DNA of 64,000 nucleotides from Alphaproteobacteria bacterium (GCA_965225945.1 CBDDBZ010000021.1:1-64000), one strand, 5' to 3'; counted from the first letter of the stretch, positions 20,835-32,680 are shown. A program made the numbers and translations. The notes: generated from the sequence alone by a model not told the origin.

Positions 20835-21640
20835 AAACCACCGATTTCGAGGTGTTGGCCGGGCTCCTGAAAAAGCAGTCGGGTCTCGCACTCACGGAAG
20901 ACAAGGTCTATCTGCTGGAGAGCCGATTGAATCCGGTGGCCCGACGGTTCGACTTCGAGAGTCTCGAGGATCTGGTGGCCGCGATCCGCACCACCCGCCC
21001 GGCCGACCTGGTAAATGCCGTCACCGAGGCGATGACGACGAACGAATCCTTCTTCTTCCGCGATGGCCGGCCCTTCGAGATCCTGGAGAAGGAAGTTTTG
21101 CCCCGGCTCGTCGAAACCCACGCCGGCAAGTGCCTCAGAATATGGAGCGCGGCCTGTTCGACCGGCCAGGAAGCCTACTCCATCGCCATGATCTTGAAGG
21201 ATATGCGGACCCGCTTCGCCGGCTGGCGGATCGAGATCGTCGGTACCGACATCTCCAACGAGGTGCTGGAGAAGGCCAAGGCCGGCCTCTACACCCAGTT
21301 CGAGGTCCAGCGGGGCCTACCGATCCAGATGCTGATGCGGAACTTCAAGCAGGTGAGCGAGCTCTGGCAGATCGACGGCGCGCTACGCGCCATGGTGCAA
21401 TACCGCGAGTTCAATCTGCTCGACGATTTTCGCGCCCTCGGCACCTTCGACGTGATCTTCTGCCGCAACGTCCTGATCTATTTCGATCCCCCCACCAAGG
21501 CGATGGTGCTGGAAAAGATGTGCCGCGCGTTGGCGCCGGACGGTTGTCTGTTCCTCGGCGCGGCGGAAACGGTACTCGGGATCTCCAACGATCTCCACCC
21601 GGTCCCCGGACTGCGCGGAGTCTACAGCATGGCCGCCTGA
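20831..21640 (+). CDS. cheR: chemotaxis methyltransferase CheR
   Basis: TTNESFFFRD, IWSAACSTGQEAYS, IFCRNVLIYFD. Confidence 0.93.
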   Translation: MKTTDFEVLAGLLKKQSGLALTEDKVYLLESRLNPVARRFDFESLEDLVAAIRTTRPADLVNAVTEAMTTNESFFFRDGRPFEILEKEVLPRLVETHAGKCLRIWSAACSTGQEAYSIAMILKDMRTRFAGWRIEIVGTDISNEVLEKAKAGLYTQFEVQRGLPIQMLMRNFKQVSELWQIDGALRAMVQYREFNLLDDFRALGTFDVIFCRNVLIYFDPPTKAMVLEKMCRALAPDGCLFLGAAETVLGISNDLHPVPGLRGVYSMAA

Positions 21641-21793
21641 GGGGTCTCCCGCCAAGGCAACAATAGCCTCGCCCGACCCGACGGAAGCGCCAAGCCTTCC
21701 GCGCCCGTCGCGGGAGGCATCATCGCGAGCGGACCGAGCGAAGGGCGGCAATCCATATGTGGACCGCGCCCGTGTTGCAAGAGTGGGCGCCGC

Positions 21794-22498
21794 TCAGGCG
21801 GCGTCGGCGGCGGCGGGGGGATCGCGCAGCACATAGCCGCGTCCCCAGACCGTCTCGATGTAGTGCTCGCCGCCGGTCGCCGCGGCCAGCTTCTTCCTGA
21901 GCTTGCAGATGAAGACGTCGATGATCTTCAGCTCCGGCTCGTCCATGCCGCCATAAAGATGGTAAAGATGGTTGAGGAACATTTCCTTGGTCAGCGTCGT
22001 CCCCTTGCGCAGGCAAAGGAGCTCCAGCATCGCGTATTCCTTGCCGGTCAGGTGCAGACGTTGGTTTTCCACCTCGACCGCCTTGATGTCCAGGTTGATC
22101 GCCAGCTTGCCGGTACGGATCACGGATTGCGAATGGCCCTTGGAGCGCCGCACGATGGCGTGGATGCGGGCCACCAGCTCGCGCCGGTCGAAGGGCTTGG
22201 TCAGATAGTCGTCGGCGCCGAAGCCGAGGCCCCGGACCTTGTCGTCCGACTCGGCCATGCCGGAGAGAATCAAGATCGGCGTCTCGATCTTGGCCACCCG
22301 GAGCTTCTTCAGCACGTCGTAGCCGTGCATGTCCGGCAGATTGAGATCGAGCAGGATGATGTCGTAATCGTACAGCTTTCCCAGATCGAGGCCCTCGGCG
22401 CCGAGATCGGTGGTGTAGGCATTGAAGCTCTCGGCCTCCAGCATCAGCTCGATGCTTCTGGCGGTGGCGGAATCGTCCTCAATCAACAGCACTCGCAT
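21794..22498 (-). CDS. ctrA: response regulator CtrA, with an in-frame HLY duplication
   Basis: MRVLLIEDD...[17 protein letters not shown]...[21 protein letters not shown]...[10 protein letters not shown]. Confidence 0.93.
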   Translation of the reverse strand: MRVLLIEDDSATARSIELMLEAESFNAYTTDLGAEGLDLGKLYDYDIILLDLNLPDMHGYDVLKKLRVAKIETPILILSGMAESDDKVRGLGFGADDYLTKPFDRRELVARIHAIVRRSKGHSQSVIRTGKLAINLDIKAVEVENQRLHLTGKEYAMLELLCLRKGTTLTKEMFLNHLYHLYGGMDEPELKIIDVFICKLRKKLAAATGGEHYIETVWGRGYVLRDPPAAADAA

Positions 22499-22523
22499 CG
22501 CTGGCTCTCCGTCAACCTCATGC

Positions 22524-22538
22524 TTAACTGGATATAAA
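22524..22538. promoter_or_regulatory. possible CtrA box (TTAA-N7-TAAA) in the ctrA/fliI divergent region
   Basis: ttaa ctggata taaa, one mismatch to TTAA-N7-TTAA; position fits autoregulation. Confidence 0.35.
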
Positions 22539-22663
22539 GCCTCGACGTTGACAATTGGTAAACGCCGAGGGTGCCCGGAGTCGAGTCTGCTTTACCGATG
22601 CTTAAGCGCTCGCCGCCAGAATCGAGACTGGGAGCCGGAAAGGCTCGATCCGACGAGGTCAGC

Positions 22664-24016
22664 GTGAAAACTCTCCTGGACGATCTCGAAGGCTTGGCGA
22701 CGCGCCGCCTCTACGGCCGGGTCGCGAGCCTGCGCGGCCTTCTGGTGGAAGTCGCGGGCATCCATCGCGAACTGCCGCTCGGCGCCCGAATCGAACTCGA
22801 CGCCCGGGGTGGCCGGCGGGTCCCGGGCGAGGTCGTCGGGTTTAGCGACAATCGCGTGCTGGTGATGCCGATCGGCGATGTCGACGGCCTCGGCATGGGC
22901 TGCAAGGCGTTCGTCGGCGAGGAGGCGGCGCGGATCTTTCCCGCTCCCGGCTGGCTCGGCCGGGTGGTGAACGGTCTGGGCGAGCCGATCGACGGCGGCC
23001 CGCCGCTGCCGCGCGGCGTGGACGCGCGGGCAATCCGGGGCGCGCCGCCGCCGGCCCATCTACGGGGTCGCGTCGGTACACGGCTGAACGTGGGCGTCAG
23101 GGCGATCAACAGCTTCGTTACCTGCTGCCGGGGCCAGCGCCTGGGCATCTTCGCCGGCTCCGGCGTCGGCAAATCGGTGCTGCTGTCGATGCTGGCGCGC
23201 AACACGGCGGCCGACGTCAATGTGATCGGCCTGATCGGCGAGCGGGGGCGCGAGGTCACGGAGTTCATCCAGGACCATCTCGGACCCGACGGCCTGGCCC
23301 GGAGCGTCGTCGTCGTCGCCACCTCGGACGAGCCGGCGCTGTTGCGCCGGCAGGCGGCCCAGCTCACGCTTTCGATCGCCGAATATTTCCGCGACCAGGC
23401 GCTCGACGTGCTCTGCCTGATGGACAGCGTCACCCGCTTCGCCATGGCCCAGCGCGAGATCGGACTCGCCTTGGGCGAACCGCCGGCCAGCAAGGGCTAT
23501 ACGCCCTCGGTCTTCGCCGAACTGCCCCGTCTGTTGGAACGGGCGGGGCCGGGCGCGGGCGCCGGCACCATCACCGGCATGTTCACCGTCCTGGTCGAGG
23601 GCGATGATCACAACGAACCGATCGCCGACGCGGTGCGCGGCATCCTCGACGGTCACATCGTGCTCGACCGCGCCATCGCCGAACGGGGGCGCTTCCCCGC
23701 CGTCAACGTGCTCCGCAGCCTGTCGCGTACCATGCCCGGCTGCAACGGCGCCGAGGAGACCGCGCGCATCACCCGGGCCAGGCGGTTGATGGCCACCTAC
23801 GACGACATGGCGGAATTGATCCGGATCGGCGCCTATCGGACCGGCGGCGATCCCCAGGTCGACGAGGCGATCCGCTTGCACGAGGCATTGGAGAATTATC
23901 TCGCCCAGGACCTCCGCGAGGAGGCGACCGATATCGACGACGGTCACGTTCGGCTCGCGCGATTGCTCGAAGAGGAACCGGTGCTCGACGAGGAGGGGGC
24001 CCGTGAAGAGTTATGA
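22664..24016 (+). CDS. fliI: flagellar export ATPase FliI
   Basis: [36 protein letters not shown]. Confidence 0.93.
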   Translation: MKTLLDDLEGLATRRLYGRVASLRGLLVEVAGIHRELPLGARIELDARGGRRVPGEVVGFSDNRVLVMPIGDVDGLGMGCKAFVGEEAARIFPAPGWLGRVVNGLGEPIDGGPPLPRGVDARAIRGAPPPAHLRGRVGTRLNVGVRAINSFVTCCRGQRLGIFAGSGVGKSVLLSMLARNTAADVNVIGLIGERGREVTEFIQDHLGPDGLARSVVVVATSDEPALLRRQAAQLTLSIAEYFRDQALDVLCLMDSVTRFAMAQREIGLALGEPPASKGYTPSVFAELPRLLERAGPGAGAGTITGMFTVLVEGDDHNEPIADAVRGILDGHIVLDRAIAERGRFPAVNVLRSLSRTMPGCNGAEETARITRARRLMATYDDMAELIRIGAYRTGGDPQVDEAIRLHEALENYLAQDLREEATDIDDGHVRLARLLEEEPVLDEEGAREEL

Positions 24017-24428
24017 TTCGCTGGTCCGACTCGGGCGCTGGCGGTTGGAGGAGGCCCGTCGCGCGCACGCGGAAATCGCGCGCCACCGCGACGACCTGGC
24101 GGCGGAACGCGCGCTGCTGCTCGGCCGCCTCGCCGACGAGCGGGCCGGCGGCGACGCCGAGGTCGCGACCCGGCTCGACGTCCACCTCTATTTCCGCTGG
24201 GCGACGGCCAAGAGCGCCGAACTGGACGCCGTGATCGCCGAGGCCGAGGACCGACTCCGGATCTCTCGCGAGGCCATGGCCGAGGTTTACGGCGAGCTCA
24301 AGACCCTGGAGTTGGCGCGTGATCGCGCGCGGGAGCGCGCCGAAGCGGAGCGGGCGCGCCGCGAGCGGGCCGAACTCGACGAAATCTCCCTCGACCTCTA
24401 TCGCCGCGGCGCCGGCGGCGCGATCTGA
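24003..24428 (+). CDS. fliJ: flagellar export chaperone FliJ-like
   Basis: Coiled-coil protein overlapping the fliI end, ELKTLE...ELDE. Confidence 0.7.
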   Translation: MKSYDSLVRLGRWRLEEARRAHAEIARHRDDLAAERALLLGRLADERAGGDAEVATRLDVHLYFRWATAKSAELDAVIAEAEDRLRISREAMAEVYGELKTLELARDRARERAEAERARRERAELDEISLDLYRRGAGGAI

Positions 24429-24452
24429 GCCGGCCGGCGCCACGTCCGGCCG

Positions 24453-25445
24453 TCATTCGGCGGCGGCGGTCCCCACAAGGTCGTCCTGATCGGCGTGGGG
24501 GTAGTTGGCGTCGTACCACCAGGACAGGTAGTCGCTGTAGATGATCGGCGGGAATTGGGGCGGGTCGTCCGGGCCCTGACAGGTGGGCAGGCAAGCGATC
24601 TCGGTATCGAGATGGGGCCCGAGGAAGTAGGGGATGGCATAGCGCGGCCCCGCGCTCGGCGGCAGCGCGCGGTGCGGTGTCGATTTGAAGTGGCCGTTGG
24701 TCCAGCGATGCATCATGTCGCCGCTGTTGACGACGAAGGAATCGGCCACGTCCGGCACGTCGTGCCAGGCGCCCCCGGGCGATTTCACCTGCAGACCGGG
24801 TGCGCCGGATTGCGCCAGGAAGGTGAGAAAGTTCGCGTCCGTGTGCGGCGCGATGCCATAGCGGCCCGGTTCCGGTTCGGCCGCTGGGTAGTGCGACATG
24901 CGGAACGAGAACTGGCTCTCGGCAAAGGCCGCATCAAAGCTCTCGGGCGCGAGGTCGAGCGCCAGGGCCAGGGCCGGCAGCAGGCGCCGCGCGAGGCGAT
25001 CCACCGCCTCGGTGTATTCCAGCACCGCCTCGCGGAAGCCGGGCAGGTTCGCCGGCCACTCGTTCGGTCCCGCGAAGCGCCGCCCGGCCACCACCAGGGG
25101 ATCGTCGGCCGATCGCTCCCGCTTGCAGAAGAAGGATTCGTTGAGGTCGGGCGCCGCCTCCTCGCTCACCCGCGAGGTGCGGACGTTGTAGCGGCTCATC
25201 GCCATGTAGCCGTTGTTGTGCTCGTTCATCAGCACGGCGAGCTTGGCGTCCATGGGCTGGGCGTGGAAGCGCCTGGCCTCGTCGAAGGTCCGCCGGATCA
25301 GATCGGGGCAAACGCCGTGGTTGACGATGATGAGGAAGCCGGCTCGTTCCAGCGCCGCGCCCAACTCGTGGCCGACCGCGCGGGCCCCCTCCAGACCGTT
25401 CGTCAGCGGCGCCAAGTCGATCACCGGTAGGGTCCAGTCGTCCAT
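24453..25445 (-). CDS. isopenicillin N synthase-family 2OG-Fe(II) oxygenase
   Basis: LPVIDL, HTD, NSGDMMHRWTNG, STPHR, RYAIPYF. Confidence 0.88.
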   Translation of the reverse strand: MDDWTLPVIDLAPLTNGLEGARAVGHELGAALERAGFLIIVNHGVCPDLIRRTFDEARRFHAQPMDAKLAVLMNEHNNGYMAMSRYNVRTSRVSEEAAPDLNESFFCKRERSADDPLVVAGRRFAGPNEWPANLPGFREAVLEYTEAVDRLARRLLPALALALDLAPESFDAAFAESQFSFRMSHYPAAEPEPGRYGIAPHTDANFLTFLAQSGAPGLQVKSPGGAWHDVPDVADSFVVNSGDMMHRWTNGHFKSTPHRALPPSAGPRYAIPYFLGPHLDTEIACLPTCQGPDDPPQFPPIIYSDYLSWWYDANYPHADQDDLVGTAAAE

Positions 25446-25557
25446 CCGTTCCTCGCTCTCGCGCAACGCCCGTCCCTCCTGAACCGCTTGGCCGTGCCGG
25501 CGACGATATCGCCTCGCGCGCCCGAAGTCGAACCCGGTGGGAGCTCCCGGCGGGTGC

Positions 25558-26898
25558 TCAGGCGGCGGCGCGACAGCGGTCAGCGAGGATCGAGACGTCG
25601 TCCAGCCGTTCCAGCGCCGCCACCAGCGCCACCACCTCTTGCGCCGCCGCCGGGCCCAGCACCGGCGTCGCCAGCGCCCGGAATTTGGCTTCCAGCTTGA
25701 CACCCTGGTCGTCGAGATCGGGATTGGGCAGGTCCATGTCGCGCGCTTCGCGCAGGACCGTGCCATCCTCGAGATGCACCGTCACCTCCGCCGCCCGGCG
25801 CGCGAGGCCGGGCTCGCCCCGGACCGCCACCTTGTCGCGGAGCGCCACGAGATCGGCCCGCCGGGTGGTTTCGACGTCGTAGAGCGCCGGATCGCCGGTA
25901 TCGGCGCCGGCGAGCGCGGCAGCGGTCGTCAGGCGATGGCTGAATTTCATCTCCAGGCCGGTCTCCGGCTCCCAGATGTTGCACATGGCGAGCGTCGGCG
26001 GCGGCACCACCATGTCGATCCGCTGGACCTTGTCGGCGGCGAAGGCGGGGTGGCGGCGGATCGCATGGCCGCACTCGATCCCCGCATGCGCGCCGTAGCA
26101 GGCGGCGTGATACTTGAAGAGGGCGCCGACGATGAAGAAGTGGCCGTCGAGGTCGGCGAGCGCGGCGGCGGGATCGGGGGCCTCGGTGGCGACCGCCGGG
26201 TAGCCCTGGGGATCGTCCAGAACCGCGGTCGAGCAGGTGAAGCCTCGGGCCGCCAGTTCCGCCGCCAGCACGCCGTTCATCGCCGCCTTGCCGGCATGCA
26301 GCGGCTTCGCCATGGTCCCGAACACGGCCTTCAGGCCAGCCGCCTGGGTTCCCGCCAGACCCATGGCTGTCGCCATGGCTCGCCCGTCCAGCCCGAGCAG
26401 CCGTCCGCAGGCGGCCGCCGCGCCGAAATGGCCGATGGTGGCGGTGCCGTGCCAGCCCCGGGCGTAGTGGCCGTCGCCCAGCAGCTCGCCGATGCGGCAG
26501 TCGAGCTCGACCCCGGCGACGAAGGCGGTGAGGAGATCGAGGCCCGAGCGGTGGTCGCGCTCGGCGATGGCGAGGGCGGCCGGCAGCACTGGCGCCGTCG
26601 GATGGCCGCGGACTTGGCGCAGCACGTCGTCATAGTCGAGGGCGTGGCCGGCGGAACCGTTCACCAGCGCTGCCTGCGACGGGCTGCCCCGGAGCCCGAG
26701 TCCGACGAGGCTCGCCGCCCCACCCAGGCCGTCGGCCCGGCAATAGTCGAGGAGCTTGGCCACCAGCGGCTCGCCGGCGCCGGCGATGGTCACGCCCAGC
26801 CAGTCGAGGATGCAATGCTTGGCGACGCGCGCGACCGGCTCCGGCGCCGCGTCGAGGCTAAGCTCGTGGACGAACGCCGCGAGGCGATCGGTCACCAT
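25558..26898 (-). CDS. MmgE/PrpD family protein
   Basis: NGSAGHALDYDD, GWHGT, KPLHAG, FKYHAAC. Confidence 0.9.
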   Translation of the reverse strand: MVTDRLAAFVHELSLDAAPEPVARVAKHCILDWLGVTIAGAGEPLVAKLLDYCRADGLGGAASLVGLGLRGSPSQAALVNGSAGHALDYDDVLRQVRGHPTAPVLPAALAIAERDHRSGLDLLTAFVAGVELDCRIGELLGDGHYARGWHGTATIGHFGAAAACGRLLGLDGRAMATAMGLAGTQAAGLKAVFGTMAKPLHAGKAAMNGVLAAELAARGFTCSTAVLDDPQGYPAVATEAPDPAAALADLDGHFFIVGALFKYHAACYGAHAGIECGHAIRRHPAFAADKVQRIDMVVPPPTLAMCNIWEPETGLEMKFSHRLTTAAALAGADTGDPALYDVETTRRADLVALRDKVAVRGEPGLARRAAEVTVHLEDGTVLREARDMDLPNPDLDDQGVKLEAKFRALATPVLGPAAAQEVVALVAALERLDDVSILADRCRAAA

Positions 26899-27097
26899 CG
26901 TCACATTCTGCTTCGAAGTCCGTTCGTCGAGCATTTTGTTGCCTCCCTAGCGGCCCGGTGCGGCGGCCATCATAGCGCGGAAGCGTCGCATTGGCCGAGT
27001 CCGAGGGCGGTGTTGGCGTCCCCGCCCGTCGCCGCCTCGGAACGATCGAAACCGTGCAACAGCGGGCAAAAATCAAGCAAACTTCGCAATCGGGACT

Positions 27098-29360
27098 CTA
27101 GGAAGCCGACGGGAGGGCGTTCGCCACGTCGAGCCGGGGGACGTCGAAGTTCTCGGGCGCGCGGCCTTCCTCGTATCGACGCGCCATCTCGCGGAACGCC
27201 CATTCCAGATGGCGCGCCAGTATCGGCGGATCGAACGAGGGCGTGGTCTCGCAGGCCTCGCGGACCCGCGCTCGGACCCGCTCCCGATACGCCGGCACGC
27301 AAGCCAGCCGATGGACGATCTCCTCATAGCCTCGGGCGTCCTCGGCGATCAGCTCCTCGAGGCCCATGGCGGCGAGGATCGAGACACCGGTCCGCGACGA
27401 TTGCGCCGGGCCGGCGAGCGTCACCACCGGCAAGCCCGCCCACAGCGCATCCAGCGTCGTCACCCCGCCCGCATGCGGCGCCGTGTCGAGGGCGAGGTCG
27501 GCGAGCGCGAGGCGGGCCAGGTGGGCGTCGCGGTGTCGGTGCCGGGCGAAGATCAGGCGCCGGGGATCGACCAAGTGGCGTGCCGCCTCGGCCATGAGGT
27601 TGCCCTGGGCCCGCTCGCTGCCCTCGCCGAGCCAGAGCACGCTCCCGGGCAGTCGACGCAGCAACCGCATCCAGACGTGGAACAGTTCGGGGTGGAACTT
27701 CGAATGGGCGTTGAAGTTCGCCATCACCACCGCGTCGTCGGGCAAGCCGGCTTCGGCGCGCGATATCGGCGGGCCGGTCGTCGGTCTCTCGGTGGCCATG
27801 AAGCTCGTCGGCAGACGAACCAGGGCCTCGGCCACATGGGGCTCGAGCGCTTTCGGCGTGTGGGCGTGGTCGGTCACCAGATAGTCGATCCACTCGGCGC
27901 CGAGGGTGGCGCCTTGGCCGAGATAGTGGACCTGCACCGGGGCCGGCCGGAAGGCGAGGATCTCCAGCGCGGAATGGCGGGTGTGGCCGGCGAGATCGAC
28001 CAGCACGTCGATCCGGTCGTCGTGGATGCGCCGCGCCGCCTCGCCGGGGCTGAGATCGGTCAGCCGGCGGAAGCGGTGGAAGTCGCGGCGGAAGCGTACC
28101 GTCCATTCGTCCTCGTCGTCGCGCGCGATCGATATAGCCGAACCAGGCGAAGTCACGCCGATCGAAGGCACCCAGCGGGCCGGCGAAAGACATCGCCAAG
28201 CTGTGACGGCGGAAATCGGGCGAGATGAAGCCGACGCGCAGGCGCCGTGGTGTCGGGCGTTCGTGGACGAGGGGCGCGGGCATCGCGCCGTCGCCGGCGA
28301 GCCGCGCCAGGCGGCGGGCATAGCCTTGCGCGACGCCGAGCCGGAGCGCCGGCGTCGCGCGGGTTGCGGCCAGGACGAACGGCGGGCATTCGCAGGCGCC
28401 GTTGCTCGCCAACCGCGCCTCCGCGTCGGCCAGCACGCGGGCCTCCAGCGACTCCAGCCGGTCCCAATCGCACTGATGCAAGAGCGATTGCAGCAGGAAC
28501 GGCCGCAACCGCCGCACCTCGGGATCGAGTGCCAGGGCCTCGTCGAAGGCCACCACCGCCTCGTCGTGGCGACCCAACGCCTGCAGGCATTGCGCCAGGT
28601 TGCCGTGGACCTCCGCGTTTTCGCGCCAAAGAGTGGCGCCGTCGCGGAAGAGCTCGTGCGCGTCGTGCCAATCGCCCCGTTCCATCAGCAGGATGCCGAG
28701 ATTGTTCATGGCGCGGGGATGCCCGGGCGCATGCCCCAGCGCGCGGCGATAGGCCGCGATCGCGGCCTCGATGTCGCCGCCGTCGCGCGCCACCATCGCC
28801 AGACCGACATGGGCCTCGACATGCGCGGGCGCGCGCTCCAGAACCGTGTCGTAGAGCTTGCGGGCGGCCTCCCGCTCGCCCAGATCGCGCTGGACGTTGG
28901 CCAGGTTGACGGCGGCGGCAAGCATCCTCGGTTCGGCCCGCCAGGCCCGACTGTAGCGCTCGGCCGCTTCCGCCCGGCGGTCCACTACGACCAGGGCGTT
29001 CCCCAGCATGTTGTTGAGAGCCGGGTCGTCCGGTGCCTTGGCCAGCCCCTGCTCCGCCACCGCGATCGCGCTCTCGACGTCTTCCATCCGAAGCAGCGCG
29101 TTCGCCAAGTTGCAATGGATCGCCGTTACCCCGGGAGCCTGCGCGAGCGCGCGCTCCAGGTGGAAGGCGGCAGCCTCGGGACGCTCGAGGTGTAGCATCA
29201 CCGTGCCGAGATGAAAGGCGATCTCCGGATCTTCCGGGTGCAGGCGCGCGGCATGCCTGAGCGCGCCCGCGCTCATCGCCAGATCGCCCGAGGCGAGCGT
29301 CGCCAAAGCCTCGCGCTTGACCCCTCCGCCAACGCTCGATGTCTTTCCGACATCCGACAT
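27098..29360 (-). pseudogene. TPR O-GlcNAc transferase (SPINDLY/GT41)-like protein, frameshifted
   Basis: TPRs, RLRVGFISPDFRRHS, then IDVLVDLAGHT/RPAPVQV/ADLALDT in another frame; one extra base at ~28133. Confidence 0.85.
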
Positions 29361-29459
29361 GGAGGCGTTTGTAATCGAAGTTTGTTAAGATTATCTGACG
29401 CGGGTGGCGGGAGCCGGTGCAACCCCCGGAAGTGTGCAGGGCCGGCGTCGAGGTAGATT

Positions 29460-30707
29460 GTGGTGGTGGCGAGCGGTATCGCGACGACCGGCCGGGCGCC
29501 CGAGCGGGCCGACGATTTGCGCGTGATCTCGTTGGTGGCGCTGGCGCACGGCTGCAGCCACTTCTTCCAGTTGGTGCTGCCGCCCCTCTTTCCCTTCATC
29601 GCGCGCGAGTTTTCGGTCAGCTATACCGAGCTCGGCGCGATGATGACGGTGTTCTTCGTCACCTCCGGCATCGGCCAGCCGATCGCCGGCTTCCTGGTCG
29701 ACCGGCTCGGTGCCAAGCGCGTGCTGATCGGCGGGCTGGCGCTCTACGCCGTCGCGATATTCTCGCTCGGATTCGCCGGCTCGATCTGGCTGATGCTGCC
29801 GGCCCTCGCGCTCGCCGCGTTGGGAAACTGCGTGTTCCATCCCGCGGACTTCACCGTGCTCAACGCCTGCGTCGAGCCGACCCGTTTAGGCCGCGCTTTC
29901 GGCATCCACACGTTGGGAGGCAACCTCGGCTGGGCGCTGGCGCCAGTGACGATGCTGGGTTTGGAAGCGTACTTCGGCTGGCGCGGCGCGGTCATGGGCG
30001 CCGGCGGAATCGGCTTCGCCGTGCTGGCGTTGTTGCTCGTGAACCGCCGGATGTTGCGCGACGAGGGGGAGGGCGGGGAAGCTCGAGCCATGGGCCGGGC
30101 GCCGGCGGCGCCGCTCGGCGTGGCGATGCTGTTCAATCCCCCGGTGCTACTCTGCTTCGCCTATTTCGTGCTGATCGCGGCGGCGCTCATCGGCGTGCAG
30201 AACTTCTTGCCGCCGACCTTGGAGGCCTTGCACGCTATCCCGCTGACGCTGGGGGCGACGGTGCTCACGGGCTTTCTGCTGGGCGCCTCGGCGGGCGTGC
30301 TGGCGGGCGGCTTCATCGCCGATCGTTGGCGCCGACACGGCGCGGTGATCGCCCTCGGCCTCGCGGGCGCGGCGCTGCTCTTCGCCCTCGTCGGCGCCGC
30401 CGCGCTGCCGCCGCCACTGCTGATCGGCGCCGTCGCGGGCGCGGGATTTCTCTCGGGCGTCACCACGCCCTCGCGCGACCTGTTGGTTCGTTCCGCTACG
30501 CCCAAGGGGGCGACGGGCCGAGTCTTCGGTTTCGTCTATTCCGGCCTCGACGTCGGCTCCGCCTTCGCGCCGGTCACTATCGGCTACCTGCTCGATAGCG
30601 GGGAGCCGGCGATGGTGTTGTGGCTGGTCTCGGCGATCTTCGCGGTGGCCATCCTCACGGCGATCGCGATCCGGCCGGGCGCGGCGACGCCGGTGCCCGC
30701 CGGCTGA
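29460..30707 (+). CDS. MFS transporter
   Basis: About 12 hydrophobic segments, GFLVDRLGAKR motif A. Confidence 0.9.
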   Translation: MVVASGIATTGRAPERADDLRVISLVALAHGCSHFFQLVLPPLFPFIAREFSVSYTELGAMMTVFFVTSGIGQPIAGFLVDRLGAKRVLIGGLALYAVAIFSLGFAGSIWLMLPALALAALGNCVFHPADFTVLNACVEPTRLGRAFGIHTLGGNLGWALAPVTMLGLEAYFGWRGAVMGAGGIGFAVLALLLVNRRMLRDEGEGGEARAMGRAPAAPLGVAMLFNPPVLLCFAYFVLIAAALIGVQNFLPPTLEALHAIPLTLGATVLTGFLLGASAGVLAGGFIADRWRRHGAVIALGLAGAALLFALVGAAALPPPLLIGAVAGAGFLSGVTTPSRDLLVRSATPKGATGRVFGFVYSGLDVGSAFAPVTIGYLLDSGEPAMVLWLVSAIFAVAILTAIAIRPGAATPVPAG

Positions 30708-30737
30708 AGCTAGAGCATGATCCGATCATGCTCCAAA

Positions 30738-31298
30738 TCAGCCTTCGCCGGCCGGCCGTCGGCTGCGCTTGCATTGGCCGAGAGAGCCCTCGGCGCAGAT
30801 CGTCTTGCCGTCGATCCAAGTGGCGCCGGAAAAATCGGCGCCGGCCAGATTGGCCCGGCCGAGCCGCGCGCCGGTGAGGTCGGCGCCGCGTAGAACGGCG
30901 TTCTGGAGCTGCGCGTCAAACAGATCCGCCCCCTTGAGCGAGGCCTTGGAAAGATCCGCCTTGGTGAAGTCGGCGCCACTGAGACGCGCCTTCTCCAAGC
31001 TCGCTCCGACGAGGACCGCGTCGATGAATTTGGCCCGGCGGCCGTCGATCCCACCGAGGTCGCCGCCGGTGAAGTCGGAACGCATGAATCGGCCGTCCTT
31101 CAGCTTCGCCTTGGTCAAGACGCTGTCCGCGAAATCACGCTGATGCATGGTGCAGGACCGCCAATCGACCTTGGGCGCCGGCGGGTCGGAACAGTCCGCC
31201 AGCACCGGCGTCGTGCTCAGCAGGCCCAAACCCAAAAGCGATCCGAACCCGAGCAACGGCGCGCGAGCCCAGCCTAACCGGTGATGCGCGAACAACAC
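30738..31298 (-). CDS. exported pentapeptide-repeat protein
   Basis: A(D/N)LxG repeats, signal peptide, terminal WIDGKTIC...C. Confidence 0.85.
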   Translation of the reverse strand: MLFAHHRLGWARAPLLGFGSLLGLGLLSTTPVLADCSDPPAPKVDWRSCTMHQRDFADSVLTKAKLKDGRFMRSDFTGGDLGGIDGRRAKFIDAVLVGASLEKARLSGADFTKADLSKASLKGADLFDAQLQNAVLRGADLTGARLGRANLAGADFSGATWIDGKTICAEGSLGQCKRSRRPAGEG

Positions 31299-31459
31299 GT
31301 CTCCGTCACCTCGTCCGCCGCCGCCCCGCCTTTTTCACGGCGGCCGACCTTAGCATTGGTCCACCAGCCGGGGAAGGCGAGGCGAACGGGGCCCGTTGGA
31401 AGGTGATCCGGGGGCGTGTTAGCTTCCGTGCGCCGATCAGCAAGCCGAAGGACAGGCAC

Positions 31460-31921
31460 ATGCCGGCCGACGACCTCGAATTGACCCAACTCGGCCGCGC
31501 CGCCGCAATCCCGGAGAGCCCCGAGGCGGCGGTCCTGGAGACGGTGCCCGATCCGCGCGCCGACGTGCTCTATCTCGTGCGCTTCACTTGCCCGGAGTTC
31601 ACCTCTCTCTGCCCCATCACGGGACAACCCGACTTCGCCCATCTCGTCATCGATTACGCGCCGGAGGCGCGGCTGTTGGAGAGCAAATCGCTGAAGCTCT
31701 TCCTCTCCTCGTTCCGCGGCCACGGCGCCTTCCACGAGGACTGCACGGTGACGATCGGCCGACGCATCGTCGAGGCGAGCGCGCCCAAATGGCTCCGCAT
31801 CGCCGGCTATTGGTATCCGAGGGGCGGTATCCCGATCGACGTCTACTATCAGACCGGACCGCCGCCCGAGGGGCTGTGGCTGCCGGACCACGGCGTCCCA
31901 CCCTATCGCGGGCGCGGCTGA
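31460..31921 (+). CDS. queF: preQ0 reductase
   Basis: [36 protein letters not shown]. Confidence 0.95.
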   Translation: MPADDLELTQLGRAAAIPESPEAAVLETVPDPRADVLYLVRFTCPEFTSLCPITGQPDFAHLVIDYAPEARLLESKSLKLFLSSFRGHGAFHEDCTVTIGRRIVEASAPKWLRIAGYWYPRGGIPIDVYYQTGPPPEGLWLPDHGVPPYRGRG

Positions 31922-31923
31922 CG

Positions 31924-32367
31924 ATGAGCGTGCGGGGTTCGGCGAAACATCGAGGTGGCTGTGTCTGCGGTGGCGTGCGCTACCGCATCACTGGTGATCC
32001 CCTGCGCGTCACCATCTGCCATTGCGCCTGGTGTCAGCGACGAACCGGGACGGCCTTCGCGGTGGAAGCGGTCTTCGAGGTGGACCAGGTCGAGTTCCAG
32101 GGAGGCTCACGGAGCCGATATCGCCACGTCTCCGATGAATCGGGTCGCTGGCTCGAAACCGAGTTTTGCCCCAAATGCGGCACGCCCGTCGGCTTCACGC
32201 TGGAGGCGGTCCCCGGAATTCGAACGATCGGCGCCGGTACGCTCGACGAGCCGAACTGGATCAGCTCCGATAGGTTCACATTTCGACATGTCTACGCACG
32301 ATCGCGACGGGAGTGGTCGAAAATTCCCGATGGCGTCGACGTTTTCGAGGCGCACTTTCGCGCTTGA
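31924..32367 (+). CDS. GFA/CENP-V family protein
   Basis: GGCVCGGVRY, CHCAWCQRRTG, FCPKCGT. Confidence 0.9.
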   Translation: MSVRGSAKHRGGCVCGGVRYRITGDPLRVTICHCAWCQRRTGTAFAVEAVFEVDQVEFQGGSRSRYRHVSDESGRWLETEFCPKCGTPVGFTLEAVPGIRTIGAGTLDEPNWISSDRFTFRHVYARSRREWSKIPDGVDVFEAHFRA

Positions 32368-32469
32368 ATGACTGACCGAAAATATCGCCGGCGGCGCCTT
32401 TTGGCGCCATTCCCGGCCCTCTCCCCAGTCTCGGGGAATTTCGAGCCGGACTCCGAGACCGAGCCTCCG

Positions 32470-32680
32470 GGAAGGGATCCGCGGGCTTCCTCGGGTGCCG
32501 CCTGGCATGGCCCGAGAGATACTCCGGGAGCCGGACTTCGGGGATGTCGAGGCGGGTCATGGCCGTCGCTCACCAGGTGTCGAAATAGGCGTATTTCTTG
32601 CCCTCGCGGGGTGGCGTGGGGGGCAGGCGGCTGGGCGGGGCTCGAAAGTGGATGGTCCGACGAGCGGCGGACATCGGGAA
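32470..32680 (-). pseudogene. probable relic: gene C-terminus plus start of an acyl-CoA ligase-like gene
   Basis: ...EGKKYAYFDTW* followed closely by MTRLDIPEVRLPEYLSGHARRHPRKPA, resembling AMP-ligase N-termini, then degenerate. Confidence 0.3.

Noticed and set aside
25537-27597. 686-aa plus-strand ORF
   Set aside because: Shadow of the MmgE/PrpD and OGT-like genes.
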